A program made the position numbers and the translations under genes. A stretch of 64,000 nt of DNA from an uncultured Candidatus Berkelbacteria bacterium. Lineage in GTDB: Bacteria; Patescibacteriota; UBA1384; UBA12157; JAENIV01. The notes under the pieces were generated by a model. The model searched no databases, was not told the origin of the DNA, and saw nothing but the letters and a program-made list of their open reading frames with translations. How positions within the stretch are numbered: the first letter of the stretch is position 1; the number at the start of each line of letters is the position of its first letter. Location: the NCBI GenBank assembly GCA_963698075.1, contig OY969116.1, forward strand, positions 189,492 to 253,491, in the 5' to 3' direction. Below are positions 62,906 to 64,000 of this stretch, piece after piece.

Positions 62906-63307
62906 CTATTCGGTCGTTTTGCCGTCAAATTCCGGCGAGCTCTCTTCGGCTTCTTCTTTAGTGGCGCGGACCACGCCGTCTTGGTGGTGAGCCGGCGAAT
63001 AAATGGTGTAGAGCTTGAGACCTTCGGTCTCAGAAATATTGATAACATTGTGATTGGCGCCAGCCGGCACGACCACGGCTACGCCATCTTTAAGATCATA
63101 GACGTTTCCGTCAATCACACACTGGCCTTGCCCTTTTTCAAAGCGGAAAAATTGATCGTTACTGGGGTGGACTTCCATGCCAATTTCTTCTTTGGGCTTT
63201 AAACTCATCAGCACCAACTGACTGTGCTTGGCGGTATAGAGAACCTGGCGAAAATTTTCATTGACCAAGGTCTCTTTTTCAATGTTGGTGGTAAATCCTT
63301 TCATCAT
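62906..63307 (-). CDS. cupin-domain protein
   Basis: Cupin_2-like HPSNDQFFRFEKGQGQCVIDGNVYDLKDGVAVVVPAGANHNVIN. Confidence 0.6.
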   Translation of the reverse strand: MMKGFTTNIEKETLVNENFRQVLYTAKHSQLVLMSLKPKEEIGMEVHPSNDQFFRFEKGQGQCVIDGNVYDLKDGVAVVVPAGANHNVINISETEGLKLYTIYSPAHHQDGVVRATKEEAEESSPEFDGKTTE

Positions 63308-63356
63308 GCTCCTTTCTATAAAATATTACTTTTATCTAATTATACTGTAATTTCAC

Positions 63357-63839
63357 TTATAAAATAAAAACTAAAAATAAGACTAAAAAGATAATGGCAA
63401 AAATAATTTTTAAAATGGTTCCGAAAATAGATCCTAAAACGCCAGCCAGTCCTGTTCTGAAGGCCTTTAATAGTTCTTTATATGAAAGAATCTCGCCTAA
63501 GAAAATTCCCAAAAATAATCCTAAAAGGCCGCCAAAGGGCGGAAAAATTAATAGACCGATAATTAATCCTAGGATGCCAAAAAGAAGAGATTTTGCTTTG
63601 GCGCCGCCAATCTTAGCGCCAAGAATCCCGGTAATGTAATCAATTATTTCCGCCACTAAAGCAATTATTCCCAAAATTACCAGTTCAAATATTGATAGAT
63701 GCGTAAAATGATCAAAAAAAGCATACCCGAAAGCGACCAGAAACATAATTAATAAAGATGGGACCACCATTAAAAGCGTGCTCGCCGCGGCGGCTAAAAG
63801 CAAAATTCCCGCCGAAATAGTTAAGACTAAATATGACAT
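63357..63839 (-). CDS. DUF456-like small membrane protein (paralog of 33977..34462)
   Basis: About 70 percent identity to the 33977 ORF. Confidence 0.6.
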   Translation of the reverse strand: MSYLVLTISAGILLLAAAASTLLMVVPSLLIMFLVAFGYAFFDHFTHLSIFELVILGIIALVAEIIDYITGILGAKIGGAKAKSLLFGILGLIIGLLIFPPFGGLLGLFLGIFLGEILSYKELLKAFRTGLAGVLGSIFGTILKIIFAIIFLVLFLVFIL

Positions 63840-64000
63840 TGACTTAATTTTATCACAGACATCTTGACATTTCTTGATTTCAGATTAGAATATGGGTGAA
63901 ACTGCTCCTTGAGAACTTGGGAGCCGAAGGAGAGACTGCAGTGCCGACCACCAACCCCTTTACTACTCGCTACGACTTTCGTGAACCGTTCTTGACCGAC

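Overview
This window is AT-rich and looks like a reduced (CPR/Patescibacteria-like) bacterial chromosome. Its backbone is conserved translation and transcription genes. On the minus strand the order is rpoB-rpoC, rpsL-rpsG-fusA-tuf, then a nearly complete S10-spc-alpha ribosomal-protein cluster (rpsJ through rplQ, rplM, rpsI), followed by rbfA, pheS, pheT and aspS. On the plus strand are tRNA-Ala, leuS, rpmF, nusB and rnc. Accessory material is inserted between these genes in three forms. (1) An island next to the tRNA (about 300-4300) holds a tight operon of a membrane protein, an unknown protein, a HEPN-like (R-x4-H) protein, a GIY-YIG nuclease and an orphan HslV/proteasome-beta-like protease. 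(2) At least eight GC-rich modules, each with a near-consensus sigma70 promoter, a strong RBS and often a hairpin terminator, are wedged into otherwise conserved operons. They include a CYTH-HD fusion cassette between infA and map, and two adjacent modules between tuf and fusA that share a conserved structured 5' leader. (3) A native-composition gene between map and adk encodes a cNMP-binding domain fused to an S-adenosylhomocysteine-hydrolase-like domain. Two other features stand out. Three diverged tandem copies of the secY 3' end differ almost only at synonymous sites. A GC-rich ~130-160 nt element is repeated in two intergenic gaps of the S10 operon. leuS, rpmF, nusB, fusA, rpoC and the 3' end of rpoB carry many single-nucleotide frameshifts, while the 44 kb between them has none. 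No CRISPR array, rRNA gene or recognisable transposase or integrase was found.
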